From: Chrysomallon squamiferum
Taxonomy: Eukaryota; Animalia; Mollusca
Reading direction: 5' to 3'
Assembly (NCBI GenBank): GCA_012295275.1
Contig: CM022669.1
Coordinates: 19,158,001-19,222,000 of the forward strand
DNA length: 64,000 nt
The notes beneath the pieces are model-generated. The model was given only the letters and a program-made list of their open reading frames with translations, was not told the origin of the DNA and made no database searches. Below are positions 29,304 through 42,308 of the stretch, piece by piece; positions within the stretch are counted from its first letter, which is position 1, and every line of letters begins with the position of its first letter. Position numbers and translations under genes: made by a program.

Positions 29304-29778
29304 CTTGAATTAGCGATGTATAAACAGTCGGTGACAATGATGTTTCAAGTGAAAGCTTTTATAGAGAAACTGGTAATAATTAAAACCAGTCTGCACTGAT
29401 TTGTGTGATAACTTGGTGTTATTTTAAAATAGTTTTCTCACGTACCTGTTGAAATGTATCTTGAAAATGAAACAGGTTTTCACACGTTGAAGTTCGGTAG
29501 ACTGGTGTAATAGAAATACAGTCTGTTAATAATAATTCTGATGATGATAACACAACGAGAACGCAGTGTGTCAGTGTAATGTTAATATCACTGCATTTCA
29601 ACATATTATCAGATTTAGAACATGTGTTTCGTCATGTAAGCGTGAAAACTATTTTAAAATAACACCAAGCTATCACACAAATCAGTGCAGAATGGCGTTT
29701 AATTATTACAAGTTTGTCTATAAAAGAGTTTACTTTAAACATCATTGTCACCGACTGTTTATACATCGTTCATTCAAG
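29304..29778. promoter_or_regulatory. Palindromic bidirectional promoter, pair 1 (copies 1/2), including both non-coding first exons
   Basis: TATAAAA on - at 29357-29363 and on + at 29719-29725. Each is followed by an Inr-like TCATT, a ~35-nt exon and an AAG|GTAAGT donor. The arms are inverted repeats. Confidence 0.75.
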
Positions 29779-30095
29779 GTAAGTTGACTTGTTTTGTAAT
29801 GTTCATTTTTACATTCACGCAGACAAAATATATAGTTTGATTAATTAGGCGGGCAGTTTTATTTTTCAGTTTTCTTTATTGACATACTTGTTGTTTTAAA
29901 GACATTTGGTATGATTTACACTTTATGGAACACGTTGTTATTCTGTCAGAGTTTGGATCGTATTCTCGCCTTTTGCGTCAATATTTCGTCAAGGTCTCCG
30001 ATTCACATTTATACGGATATTGTTCGTAAAGATAATATAATAATGTTGTATTTGCTATCTTTTATTGTTATTATTTGCTCATTTATTTATTTTAG

Positions 30096-31079
30096 ATGAA
30101 GGTTCTAATTTTAATTGCTCTTGTTGTTCTCCTCGCCCCGGAAATGACGTCATCATGGCGTATCCGAAGAGCTATAAGCCGAGCTGGTCGAACTCTTAGT
30201 CATGTTTTCAGGAAGAAGAACATGCCAACTGAAAATGGTTCGCTGAACACTTTTTAAAATTATTATATAAGAATAATGAAGGCATTGAAGAGTTAATCAT
30301 AATTATCATAATTAATTTTATTTGTTTGTTTATTTATTTATTTATTTATTTATTGTGATGAATTATTACTTTTCTCAAACTGAACCGCAACTGTTTTATA
30401 ATATAAAAATACTGCATTATTGTTTTTCTTCTGTATCACTTTATAGAAGTGTTAGTTAAATAACGTGTATTTGGTTTCAGTTTTTGCTGTTCGTGATGTT
30501 GATGTTGAACTTGAAGACTCTATGTCAGTAAGGGAGGTCAGAGATTTGTTGAGTAATGCTGAAGGTATGGTATTAATAAAAACACACACATGACATCAGA
30601 AAGCTTTTAAAATTTAGAAAAATACATCTTAAATGATTATTTTCTCGTTTTGATATTTTAATTTAAAAAAAAAAATCTAATACACTGTCTGAGCCCTTCA
30701 GAAAAGTAAATTTTACTTTCTATTCTTCCCACTGTTTGAATTTCTCGGTATCTTCAATTTTGGAGTTTTATTGCCAGGAATCTATATAGTGTTTTAAATT
30801 AAAACTTATTTATTATTATTCCGATTGTTTTTTTGTTCTTTTGTTTTTTTCTTTCTTTCTTTCTTTCTTTATTTGTTTGTTTGTTTGTTTGTTTGTTATT
30901 ATTATCATATTATATTTACCTTTCTCTTACTTAATTTCGCTCTCTTCATGCTTCTTTAAGCTTACAACTGGTTGATTACGATGATAACATAAAAACGCTG
31001 TATGAAAGTTTATATTTATAACAAAAATAATGTTTCAGATGACGATCTTATTAACAATGTTTTCCAGAACCTCCAATAA
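30096..31079 (+). CDS. Secreted cationic peptide precursor, copy 2, subtype B, 88 aa
   Basis: Exons 30096-30237, 30481-30564, 31039-31079: ...WRIRRAISRAGRTLSHVFRKKNMPTEN-VFAVRDVDVELEDSMSVREVRDLLSNAE-DDDLINNVFQNLQ*. The 3' UTR exon starts at 31409, with AATAAA at 31485. Confidence 0.88.
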
Positions 31080-32132
31080 ATCAGTAAGTTTTAAATCATT
31101 ATGTCATTTTAAATACATTTTCTCTTGTTTAAAATGCATAAGAATGTTAAAATATGTCAGTTTTGGATACAATACATAAAAATCAACCTGTCCTTTTTTG
31201 TCAAGTTCTCTGCATCATGGAATACGGAAACATTGTCACAGACTCGCGTAAATGTATTATATTATTAATTTAATACTGTATTTTTATCATTTTATTTCAC
31301 TAGTGACGAATAATCAATCATCTGATTGAAGTAAATGTATATCGAGTATAAGAATCAAGTATATTATATTTACATTTTAATAACTGCCTCCAACGATTTA
31401 TATTTCAGACAGGAGATGAAAAAAAGCGGAGAGCTAACAAGAACGTGTATAACATGATTGTTGAAAATTCTGTGAAATCTGCTGAATAAAATAATAATTT
31501 TAAATCTACCTTACGTTTTTACTTGTCCTTATTTGTGCTTATCTGCGGTCACATTCTATCTGTCTTCACGAATCTCTCTAAACCCGTAAAACAAACCATT
31601 TTTAGGAGACTGGAAATTATTTGATATTTAACATTTCCCATCAAATTAATAAACAAACATAAACAAAAACAAAACTCTTGTCGTTAACAAAGTTATCATC
31701 ATGTTTACAAAACTTCATTTCTCAAAAAGAAAATACTTGAATGATTATGATAAAAGTTACAATACGTTCAGACACAATACACTAAATTTTATATCCATAT
31801 GTATTTCTTCAAACGATGACATAGTACAGGAACATATATTCACATATGAATGCATAATTAGACCTAGAAATTAAATACACATTAAATGAATTAATAAATA
31901 TGAATCAGAATTAATCAGTCTGAAATGTTGAAATTTTCGATATTATTGAAGCAGAGAGTCGTAGACTTACCTCGGCTAATTCGGACATCAATATTTAATG
32001 AATCGTTATTTTTGTACATTTAGTACTGTATATTATCGCTTTTATTTCGCGATTTGAGTAGTAATAACGTAGATTAGTTTAAATTATACACAAATAAGTC
32101 CAACTTTTATAATAAATAAAATAATAAAATAA

Positions 32133-32183
<51 letters not shown>

Positions 32184-32368
32184 GTGAAAACACTCTCTCA
32201 GAGTCAACAGACGAGCTGTGGACGAAAAATATAAAATTCTGATTTTTCATTGTTCTAGTTTCATTTATATTTTTTTCCGCTGTCTTCAAAACAACTGAAC
32301 AAGTTATGAACGCAGTAACGTAATAAAAATATTAACTCAAAATAAACGAAATGTCTAGCCATCGATTT

Positions 32369-32414
<46 letters not shown>

Positions 32415-32469
32415 TTTAAAAAAAGAAAAGAAACAACAACAAATAAGCTGTCCGAAGAGGCCAGTGGTA

Positions 32470-33580
32470 CGGTTAGGGTTATGGTTAGCTAAGGGTTAGG
32501 GAAAGGATTATGGTCAGCGTCATGTTTAGGGTCACGGTCACGGTTAGGTTTAGGGTAGGGTTAGGGTTAGGGTTAGAGTCAGGGTTAGGGTTAGGGTTAG
32601 GGTCAGCGTCAGGGTTAGGGTCACGGTCACGGTTAGGTTTAGGGTTAGGGTTAGGGTTAGAGTCAGGGTTAGGGTAGCTTAGGGTTAGGGTTATTGTCAG
32701 GGTTAGGGATGGTGATAGGTTTAAGTTTAAGGATAGAGTTAGTAGTTAGGGTTAGGTTAGGTTTAGGTTTTGGTTTAGGGTTAGGTTAGGATTATGGTAT
32801 GGTTAGGGATAGGGTTATTGTTATGGTTATGGTTATGGTTATGGTTAAGGTTAGGGTTAGAGTTAGGGATAGGGAAAGGGTTAGTGTTAGCTTTAGGAAT
32901 AAGTTTAGGTGTGGGTTTAGTAGCAGTTACAGTTACTTTTTGGGGTTAAAGCTGGTGTTAATGTTAATGTTTTGGCTTGGGTTGTAGCTTCGATTAAGAT
33001 TACATTTAGGGTTACGGGTTGTTTTAATTTTAGGGTTAGGATTAGAGTCATTTTTAGGGTTAGAGTTAGGGTTAAGGCTAGCGCTACAGTCAGGGTTAGA
33101 TTTATACTGAGGGTTAGGTTTAGGGTTTTGGCTAGGGTTAGTTTTAGGGTTATGGCTTCAGTGAGGGTTAAGGTTAGAGCTATGGCTAGGATTAAGTTAG
33201 GTTAGTCTTAGTGTTAGAGCTTGGGAAAGGGTTAGGTTAGGGTAAGAGTTAAGATAAAGGTTGTTGCTAAGAAGATTAGGGTTAGGGTATGGGTTAGAAT
33301 TAGTATTGCAGTTAGGGTTGAGGTGAAGGTTAATATTACGTTTAGGGTTACGGCTAGTGTTAGAGTTAGTGATAGGGTTAGAATTATAGTGAGGGTTAGG
33401 TTAGGATTACTTTTATGTTTAGGGTGTTAGGATTATGGCTTTTATTAGGTTCAGAGTTAGGATGAGGTTTAGGGTTAGTACTAGTGTTAGACTTAGGTTT
33501 ATGCTTAATATTACGATTATCCTTAAAATTATGGTCAGTGTTAGTGTTACGGTTAGTTTTATAGTTATTGTTAGTGTTCG
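32470..33580 (+). repeat. Degenerate interstitial telomere-like (TTAGGG)n tract
   Basis: Runs of ttaggg/gttagg, nearly perfect at 32550-32700 and decaying to the right. Confidence 0.9.
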
Positions 33581-34183
33581 GTTTCGCGAGACCCTCATGC
33601 GAAAGAAACGATACTTGGCGACATTTGTGCATCCATGCTTTAATAAGATTATCTATAACTAGTACAGAGAAAAGAAATGTATATTTTAAAGTGTAGATTT
33701 ATAGATAGCGGCGTTTCAATGTTAAAATCAAGAACAAACTTTCTATACTCGTCTCAGTTTTGTGTATGAAAAATGTAATGTATTGGTTTTATGGAGATTT
33801 AAACAAAATGTTCTGTCTGTAACTTTTATAAATAATTTTCAACAACAGAAGGTATTTTAAGACTTTTTATTCAGTATTTTTATACATAATATCTTTTGTG
33901 ATGTTTTCATCTTGTTTGTTCAGATGTCTTCTTGTAACTTTGATGATGTATTCTTCTTTCTTTTTTTTGGTGAATCGTACTGAAATAAATATTTGAAAAA
34001 TCTATATTAATATTTTAAAAGTTATTTTGGAAAAATCAAAATTTAGAATCGTTACAGATCTTTCAACATTTGAAAACTAAATTATGAAATTCTGAATTTC
34101 AAGTTTATTAATAGAAAATAAAAATAATAAATGATTGAATTTATAAAATCTAAAACAAAATATTCTTTTTATAACTTACAATT

Positions 34184-34946
34184 TTACTGCAGTTGTTGGA
34201 ACTCATTGAAGGAGACGACGTCATCATCTAAAATTAGAATATAAATTAAAGTGTGAATTTGTTGTTCTCACATCAACACATAAATAGATGTTTTCTTTTT
34301 CATTTGCCAAACAATGTCCTACGACCGTTCCTGTCTAAAGGAAAGACAGGATTCAGAATGTTTTGGTTAAGTGATGGGGTAATTTATGTTTTCGTCCTGT
34401 GACGAGTTTCCTGAATGACTGATCTAAATGGCATTAGTACTGAAAGGTCTATCAGTGGTTGCAATCATTCTCATGCAGCTCTGTATTGTAATATTATAGA
34501 AAATTTTAATAACTGACATTAATAAGAAGTACGTGTTTTTAAAACGAAAACAAAAAATGACAAAGAGAATAACGATGATAAATCTAGTTGTTCCAAAACG
34601 AAGAAGAAGATGACAAAACGACGATGTAGATGTTCTCTTTTAATCACTAATTTTACAATGAAAAATTTATACAAATTTTTGAAAACATATTTTATTTTCT
34701 AAATAAAAGAAAATCATCCGCTGTGTAAAAATATTTTCTCACCATCAGAATCATCCAAGATTTCTCTGGCCTCTCTCACTAACATGTTGTCATCAAGTTC
34801 AACATCAACACTGCGAGTAACAACTGAAATTAAAAAACAAGTCAACGTTCAAAGCATATTAAAGTTTTAACTATTTTACAATATTTATTTACTTCTTTAT
34901 ATATATACAGTTTCATTTGTTCCACTCTTGTTATTAGTATTATTTC

Positions 34947-34980
<34 letters not shown>

Positions 34981-35329
34981 TCATGATATTTGCATATTTG
35001 TCAGTCTGTATATGTTTCAAGGAACCGAACAGTTATATAATCAGATAATATCAAAATATTATAACATCCAAAATATTTAATTGACTGATTTTTATTTTTA
35101 ACATCATTTATATATTTACAGTCTCACTAAATACCGGATTAGTTTCTTTTTTCTAATAATACTGATTTAGAAAAGTATTCAACAAACCATTTTCAGTTGG
35201 CATGTTCTTCTTCCTGAAAACATGACTAAGAGTTCGACCAGCTCGGCTTATAGCTCTTCGGATACGCCATGATGACGTCATTTCCGGGGCGAGGAGCACA
35301 ACAAGAGCAATCAAAATTAGAACCTTCAT
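34184..35329 (-). CDS. Secreted cationic peptide precursor, copy 3, subtype A, 88 aa
   Basis: Exons 35329-35188, 34823-34743, 34227-34184; core WRIRRAISRAGRTLSHVF; ends DDDVVSFNEFQQLQ*. Confidence 0.88.
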
Positions 35330-35600
35330 CTAAATTAAATAAATAAATAACGGTAGCAGCAACATCAAAATACTAGTACTATAGTAACAGCAGTAGTAGT
35401 AGTAGCCACAATTAGAAAAGACATGGATCAAATTAGAAAAATTAAGTATCAGATGTTTTCATTTTTCTTCTCCAGTCTATCAGAAAATTCCATGCAGGTG
35501 ATTTTCATATGGATAATTGTTAACATGAGAGTTAAAAATATAAAATGAGAGTATTGAATTATAATGTTTAAAACATGAAATACAAAACAAGACAACTTAC

Positions 35601-35933
35601 CTTGTATGAACGATGTATAAACAGTCGGTGACAATGATGTTTCAAATGAAAGCTTTTATAGAGAAACTTGTAATAATTAAACACCAGTCTGCACTGATTT
35701 GTGTGATAAGTTGGTGTTATTTTAAAACAGTTTTCTCACGTACGTGTTGAACATGTGAAGATTTTCTGATTTGGAACATGTGTTTCATCACGTACGTGAG
35801 AAAACTACTTCAAAATAACACAGATAATCATACAAGTCTGTGTACACAGGTGTATAACTATTACAAGTTTCTCTATAAAAGCTTTCTTTTGAAACATCAT
35901 TTTCACCGACTGTTTATACATCGCTCATTCAAC
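35601..35933. promoter_or_regulatory. Palindromic bidirectional promoter, pair 2 (copies 3/4), shortened spacer
   Basis: TATA on - at 35654-35660 and on + at 35874-35880; first exons end at 35601 and 35933. Confidence 0.72.
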
Positions 35934-36085
35934 GTAAGTTGTCTTGTTTTGTGATGTTCATTTCTACATTCTCGAAGATGTTATATAATGTTTGATTAAT
36001 CAGAACGCAGTTATATACGAGATTATTAGTAAAGATGATGTATTTTCTATCTTTGTTGTATTATTTGCTCATTTCATTATTTTAG

Positions 36086-36385
36086 ATGAAGGTTCTAATT
36101 TTGATTGCTCTTGTTGTTCTCCTGGCCCCGGAAATGACGTCATCATGGCGTATCCGAAGAGCTTTAAGCAGAGCTGGCCGAACTCTTAGTCATGTTTTCA
36201 GGAAGAAGAACATGCCAACTGAAAATGGTTTGTTGAACACTTTTTAAAATTATTACTGTAAGAAAAAGAGGAATTATATATTTTATAAATATAAATATAG
36301 TATTACAGGATAAAAACAACACTAGTAAATTAATATAAGTTGATTAGATAAATACTGGGTATTCAGAACGTTATGTAACGTGAAA

Positions 36386-36421
<36 letters not shown>

Positions 36422-37164
36422 GAAAAATATAATTATCGAGAGCGAGAACAGAAATAAATGAATATGTAAAAAAGATTTAAAACTAAAATATGCTTTAAAC
36501 ATTCAATTAGATTTTGAAACTTTATTTCAGATGTTGTTACTCGCAATGTTGATGTTGAACTTGATGACAACATGTTAGTGAGAGAGGCCAGAGAAATCTT
36601 GGATGATTCTGATGGTGAGAAAATATTTTTACATAGCGGATGATTTTCTGTTTATTTAGAAAATAAAAAAGTGTTTCCTAATATTTGTTGTAATATTTCT
36701 GTTTTAATATTAGTGATAAAACGAGAACATCTCCGTCATCGTCATCGTCATTTTCTTCTTCGTATAGCTATTTTACATTCTTTGCCTCCTATTTTTGTTT
36801 CAGTTAATAGAAAAGTCATTAATAAATGTTGTATTTAAGCAGCATCATTATATAGAACGACATGAGAATGTCAAATACATCAGTCATTATTTGATATCTA
36901 TTATTATTATTATTATTATTATTTTTACGGGCGAAATGACGACGAAATTCATCACAGCATAAGCTATTCATAGCATTTAGAACAGATGGATATTTTAAAT
37001 ACACTCCTTCCCATAAACAAGAAAAGTAAACGACGCATAGCAAATGAAAACAGAAGCCATCTATTTATGTGTTGATGTGAGAACAACAAAGTCAAATTTT
37101 AATTCATATTCTAATTTCAGATGATGACGTCGTCTCCGTCAATGAGTTCCAACAACTGCAGTAG
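36086..37164 (+). CDS. Secreted cationic peptide precursor, copy 4, subtype A, 89 aa
   Basis: Exons 36086-36227, 36531-36614, 37121-37164; core WRIRRALSRAGRTLSHVF; ends DDDVVSVNEFQQLQ*. Confidence 0.88.
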
Positions 37165-37848
37165 AATTGTAAGTTATAAAAATAAAATTATCTTTGAATT
37201 TTCGTAAAATCAGTAATTTATTCTTTTTTTCTTTTGTTAACATTATATTAGAATATCGCAATTTATATTTACTATTTTTAATTATTTATAATGATTATAA
37301 TTCATAATTAAAGTGATATTTGAAAATATTTTAATAGATTCTTTATATATTTATTTCAGAATGACTCATCAAACCATACAACATCAAAGTTATATGTGAA
37401 CATCTGAACAAACAAGATGAAAACATCACAAAAGGTGTTAAATATAAAAATACTGAATAAAAATTATTAACCTAACATTCTTTTGTTTGTAATTATTTAA
37501 ACGTCTAATATTTGCTCGATAAATATACATGATGAAAAGCGAACAAATAATTTGGTTTATAATATAAATATATGAATACTGATAAAATATTATTGTATAG
37601 AACAAACCTTTTATAAAGAGTATCTCAAAGAATGAAATAAATTCAAAGTATGAAAATAATTCTGGATCATTTTTAAAATGTTTAGCAAGTCCAGCACAAT
37701 ACACTAATAGTATTTACGTAGCTCATTTGTTACAGTGGACTGTAATCTTGTGAATTTGTTTAACTTAACACACATAGATAAAATAATATATACAAAGGTA
37801 TATACGTACAATGAAACATACTCATGTACATATTTATATCACCGAAGA

Positions 37849-37881
<33 letters not shown>

Positions 37882-38811
37882 ACACACACACACAATACAC
37901 AATCATTTACATACTAGAACATACAGAATAATACATGTCGTATCTGAAATTAATATAAAAGGTACAAAAGCATTTTGTCAGGCGATACTGTTAACTAGTC
38001 TGGTGAATTTATGAAATCAGGATAAATTATAGGATGGAAATAAATAAAATGTAACACAAAAAATATAAAACAAATAACCATAACGATGTTTCTAAACAGT
38101 CTAGTTATTTATTGTTTGTCGTTTTTACAATTGGATCCTTAGAGTTTGAAATAGCAGGACTTATCTTCTAGCACTGAAAACGGATATTTTTACAATTGTT
38201 TTTGCCTTTTTGATTATTTATTTATTTATTTATTATTTAAAAAAAATATATATATATTTATTATTATTATTTTTTATATAGCTCACTTTTTCTTAGTATA
38301 TTCAAATTCCTACTGAAATGTTAAATTATGGTTAGGAAATAAACATTTAACATAAATAAAACAAAACGATTTTATTTCTGTTAAAACTTTGAGAAAAAAT
38401 ATTATTAAACGTTTGATAATTATTACAGTCTTCTACTAAGAGTCTGCTGAATATGAACTGTCTTGCACAGATTATGGATGAAATATACCCAGTTCTAGTA
38501 CTTAACTGTTCTTGTTTTGTTTAATAAATAAATGTAATAGATAATTTTAAAACTCGAAGTATCGTCTAGAATTATTTGGTATTATTATTATTATTGTTAT
38601 TATTATCATTATGATTATTGTTATTATTATTATCATCATCATCACCATAATCATCATCATTATTATTATGATTATCATTATCATCATCTTCATTATTATT
38701 ATCATATTATTGTCATTATCATCATTATTATCAATATCATTATTATTATTATTATCATCATCATAATTATCATTATTATCATTATTATCATTATCATTAT
38801 TATTATTAAAT

Positions 38812-38870
38812 ATGAAAGTTCTACTTTTGATTGCTCTTATTATTCTAGTTCCAAATGTCATATTCCATAT
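38812..38870 (+). pseudogene. Relic of the peptide family's signal-peptide exon
   Basis: atgaaagttctacttttgattgctcttattattctagttcc = MKVLLLIALIILVP versus MKVLILIALVVLLAP. Similarity is then lost, and the acceptor AG before the ATG is absent. Confidence 0.6.
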
Positions 38871-40076
38871 GAAATATAACAAATATAGAGAACATTTTAA
38901 TGATGTTAAATAATTTGTAGAGACAGGATTATGGCTTCGAACGTAAACCGTGTCAAATATGTCTCTGGCCCCTAACAGTGCAGCCATCTACCTGAAAGTG
39001 TAACTGTTTTCCCTATCAATTACATTAGTAACATTACTTGCCACTTTGTCCATTCGAGGTGAGAATCGAAGTCTTTTTTTCGAATGTATCGTTTTAAGGT
39101 GGATCTCAATGATGGATAAAAACTTCTGATGTGTATTTTTTACTTATTTATTAATCATTATTAATAATATTGTCATTATTGTTGTTATTATTTATATTAT
39201 TGTTGTTGTTGTTAATAAACAATAAAAGTATGTATTTTGATAATATATATATATAAACTGTTGTGCAAAAACATCGGTCCCTCAAATAATTTCCTTGTTA
39301 AAAATAAAGTACATAAAAGAAATGAACTTTCGTAAATGTAATATCAACAAAGGATAACATTATTTTTTACTTTCATAAAATATGTCAAATATCAAATAAC
39401 TACCAGACTGTTGGAAATTGTTTTTATTTTTGTATTAAATCTGCTTTATATAAGACAGACGTAGTGTGATTGCAGAGAAGCAGAAACAAGGAAAAAATAA
39501 AAACGTAAGGTAGATTTAAAATTATTATTTTATTGAGCAGATTTCACAGAATTTTCAACAATCATGTTATAAACGTTCTTGTTAACTCTCCGCTTTTTTC
39601 ATCTCCTGTCTGAAATATAAATCGTTGGAGGCAGTTATTAAAATGTAAATATGATATACTTGATTCTTATACTCGATATACGTTTACTTAAATCAAATGA
39701 TTTTTCGTCACTAGTCAAATAAAATGATAATAAAATAGTTTTAAACTGATAATATATTATAATTACGTTAGTCTATAATAAAGTTCATGCTCAAACAGTC
39801 TGATGCATCCTATGATACAGTGAACAACAAAAGAAAACATAAACTTAGAAAATCTTTAACATTTATAAGCATAACTTGATTTTAACAACCGTTAAAAAAA
39901 TAAAAAAAAAAAAAAAAAAACAACAAAAAACCAACAAAAAGAAATTCAACAAAGTGTATGTTAATTTAAAAAATAAGTATGTTTACATTTGTTAAAAATT
40001 TTAAAATAAATCTTTACATTCTTACATATTTAAAATAGAAATTTTAAAACTGAGAAAAGATTTAAAACTTACTGAT

Positions 40077-41126
40077 TTATTGGAGATTCTGGAAAACACT
40101 GTTAACAAGATCGTCATCTGAAAAAATAATTTCAGTTAAACTTTTCATACATATTTTCTATAATACAAATCAATTTTAGACTTAAATAAGACCAAAACAG
40201 CGAGAACAAATAAAAAATAGTAAATATAATCATTTAATAAATAATTTAAATAAAATAAACAAACCAAATAAAAATGCATAGTTATAAATTTTGATTTAAA
40301 ACAGTATATAGGTTCTGACAGTAAAACAGCAAAATCGAACAAAGCGAGAATTTCAACAGTGAAAAGAATGAAACATTAAATTTACATTTCTCAAGGGAAT
40401 CAGACTATGTTCTAGGTTTTTTGTTGCCATTTAAAGTATTCAGACAAGAATATAATCACTGAACATATATTTTTCTAAATTTTAAAAGCTTTCAGATGTG
40501 ACATATGTGTGTTTTTATTAATACCATACCTTCAGCATTACTCAACAAATCTCTGACCTCCCTTACTGACATAGAGTCTTCAAGTTCAACATCAACATCC
40601 CGAACAGCAAAAACTGAAACCAAATACACGTTATTTAACAAACACTTCTAGAGCAGAAAAATAACAAGGCTGTATTTTTATATCATAATTAATTAACAGC
40701 TTCGGTTCAGTTTGAGAAAGGTAATAATTCATCACAATAAATAAATGAAAAAATATTATTTCGGATAATTTTGATGATCTCTTCATTTTCTCTCTTATTC
40801 TTAGAATAATAATTAGAAAATATATATATTTTTCACCATACATATAATCAGTTGAATATTAAATTATTATTATTATAATAAAATCGAAAATATTTTTAAC
40901 ATAATTTATAGATTTACAGTATTAGTAAATACCTAATTACTATGTTTTTCTGATAATAATAATTTCACAACGTGTTCAACAAACCATTTTCAGTTGGCAT
41001 GTTCTTCTTCCTGAAAACATGACCAAGAGTTCGGCCAGCTCGGCTTAAAGCTCTTCGGATACGCCATGATGACGTCATTTCCGGGGCCAGGAGCACAACA
41101 AGAGCAATCAAAATTAGAACCTTCAT
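40077..41126 (-). CDS. Secreted cationic peptide precursor, copy 5, subtype B, 88 aa
   Basis: Exons 41126-40985, 40613-40530, 40117-40077; core WRIRRALSRAGRTLGHVF; ends DDDLVNSVFQNLQ*. Confidence 0.88.
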
Positions 41127-41417
41127 CTAAATTGCAAATAAAACATTAATATAATATCGTTATTAATAGTCTCTTTATAAATGTAAATCGGATACCTTGA
41201 CAAAGATACTGACGCATAGGGCGTGAATACAGCCCATAATCTGACAGACAGAATAACAAAGTGTTTCATAAAATGTAAAGAATGACGAATGAAGGTTCAA
41301 CACTCACAGAGGTCTTTAAAACAACAACTGAGTAATAGAGTTGCGTTCTAATTAATCAAACTTTACATAACGTCTATGTGAATGTAAAAATGAACATTAC
41401 AAAACAAGACAACTTAC

Positions 41418-41857
41418 CTTGAATGAACGATGTATAAACAGTCGGTGACAATGATGTTACAAGTGAAAGCTTTTATAGAGAAACTTGTAATAATTAAACA
41501 CCAGTCTGTACTGATCTGTGTGAAAACTTGGTGTTATTTTAAAATAGTTTTCTCACGTACGTGTTGAAACACATGTTCTAAATCAGAAAATATTTGTATG
41601 TTTAAAACACAGCGATATTAACATTATAGCGATACACTGCCGTTTCGTTGTATTTCAGTCTACTGAACTTCAACGTGAGAAAACCTGTTTCAGTTACCAG
41701 ATACATTTCAACAGGTACGTGAGAAAACTATTTTAAAATAACACCAACTTATCACACAAATCAGTGCAGACTGGCGTTTAATTATTACAAGTTTCTCTAT
41801 AAAAGCTTTCACTTGAAACATCATTTTCACCGACTGTTTATACATCGCTCATTCAAG
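41418..41857. promoter_or_regulatory. Palindromic bidirectional promoter, pair 3 (copies 5/6)
   Basis: TATA on - at 41471-41477 and on + at 41798-41804; inverted arms with first exons. Confidence 0.75.
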
Positions 41858-42308
41858 GTAAGTTGTCTTGTTTTCTCTTGTTTTGCTGTGGGAATCACCT
41901 ACTCAGAATCTAACGACAGACTGGTGGTGGTGGTGGTGGGGGAGATACAAAATTCTGCTATTTAATTTTTATGAAAAATACAAAATTCTGCTATTTAATT
42001 TTTATAGTTATATTTATATATTTTTCCATTGTGCCTTCCCATTTCAACAAGTCTTCAATATAATACACTCTTTAAAATCTAAATGGACGAAATAAATAGA
42101 ATTGATGTTCTCATTTAGCTGTAAATATTGTAGTTACTGCTGCGGTTTTTGTTATTTTTATTATTGCTTACTGAAAACATTAAGATATCTCATTATTCTA
42201 TTTCTTTTGTTATGATATCAAATTGAAATGAATTACTACTACTACTACTTTTACTATAGTACTGGTATTTTGATGATGCTGCTACCGTTATTTATTTATT
42301 TATTTTAG

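Noticed and set aside
29566-29787. Recurrent ORF ...FNYYKFLYKSFHLKHHCHRLFIHRS... (also 60011-60244, 60424-60669)
   Set aside because: It spans the TATA box and the non-coding first exon. The recurrence reflects promoter duplication, and its start is not conserved among copies.
32799-33662. RVRVRV / NPNPN / LGLGL ORFs (also 50125-50549, 56510-56767, 62325-62666)
   Set aside because: They are reading frames of degenerate TTAGGG hexamer tracts.
35992-36189. Recurrent ORF ...LDEGSNFDCSCCSPGPGNDVIMAYPKS... (also 46870-47136, 53321-53626)
   Set aside because: It is an alternative frame of the peptide exon 2 that runs in from intron sequence. The MKVL frame has the signal peptide and consistent splice phases.
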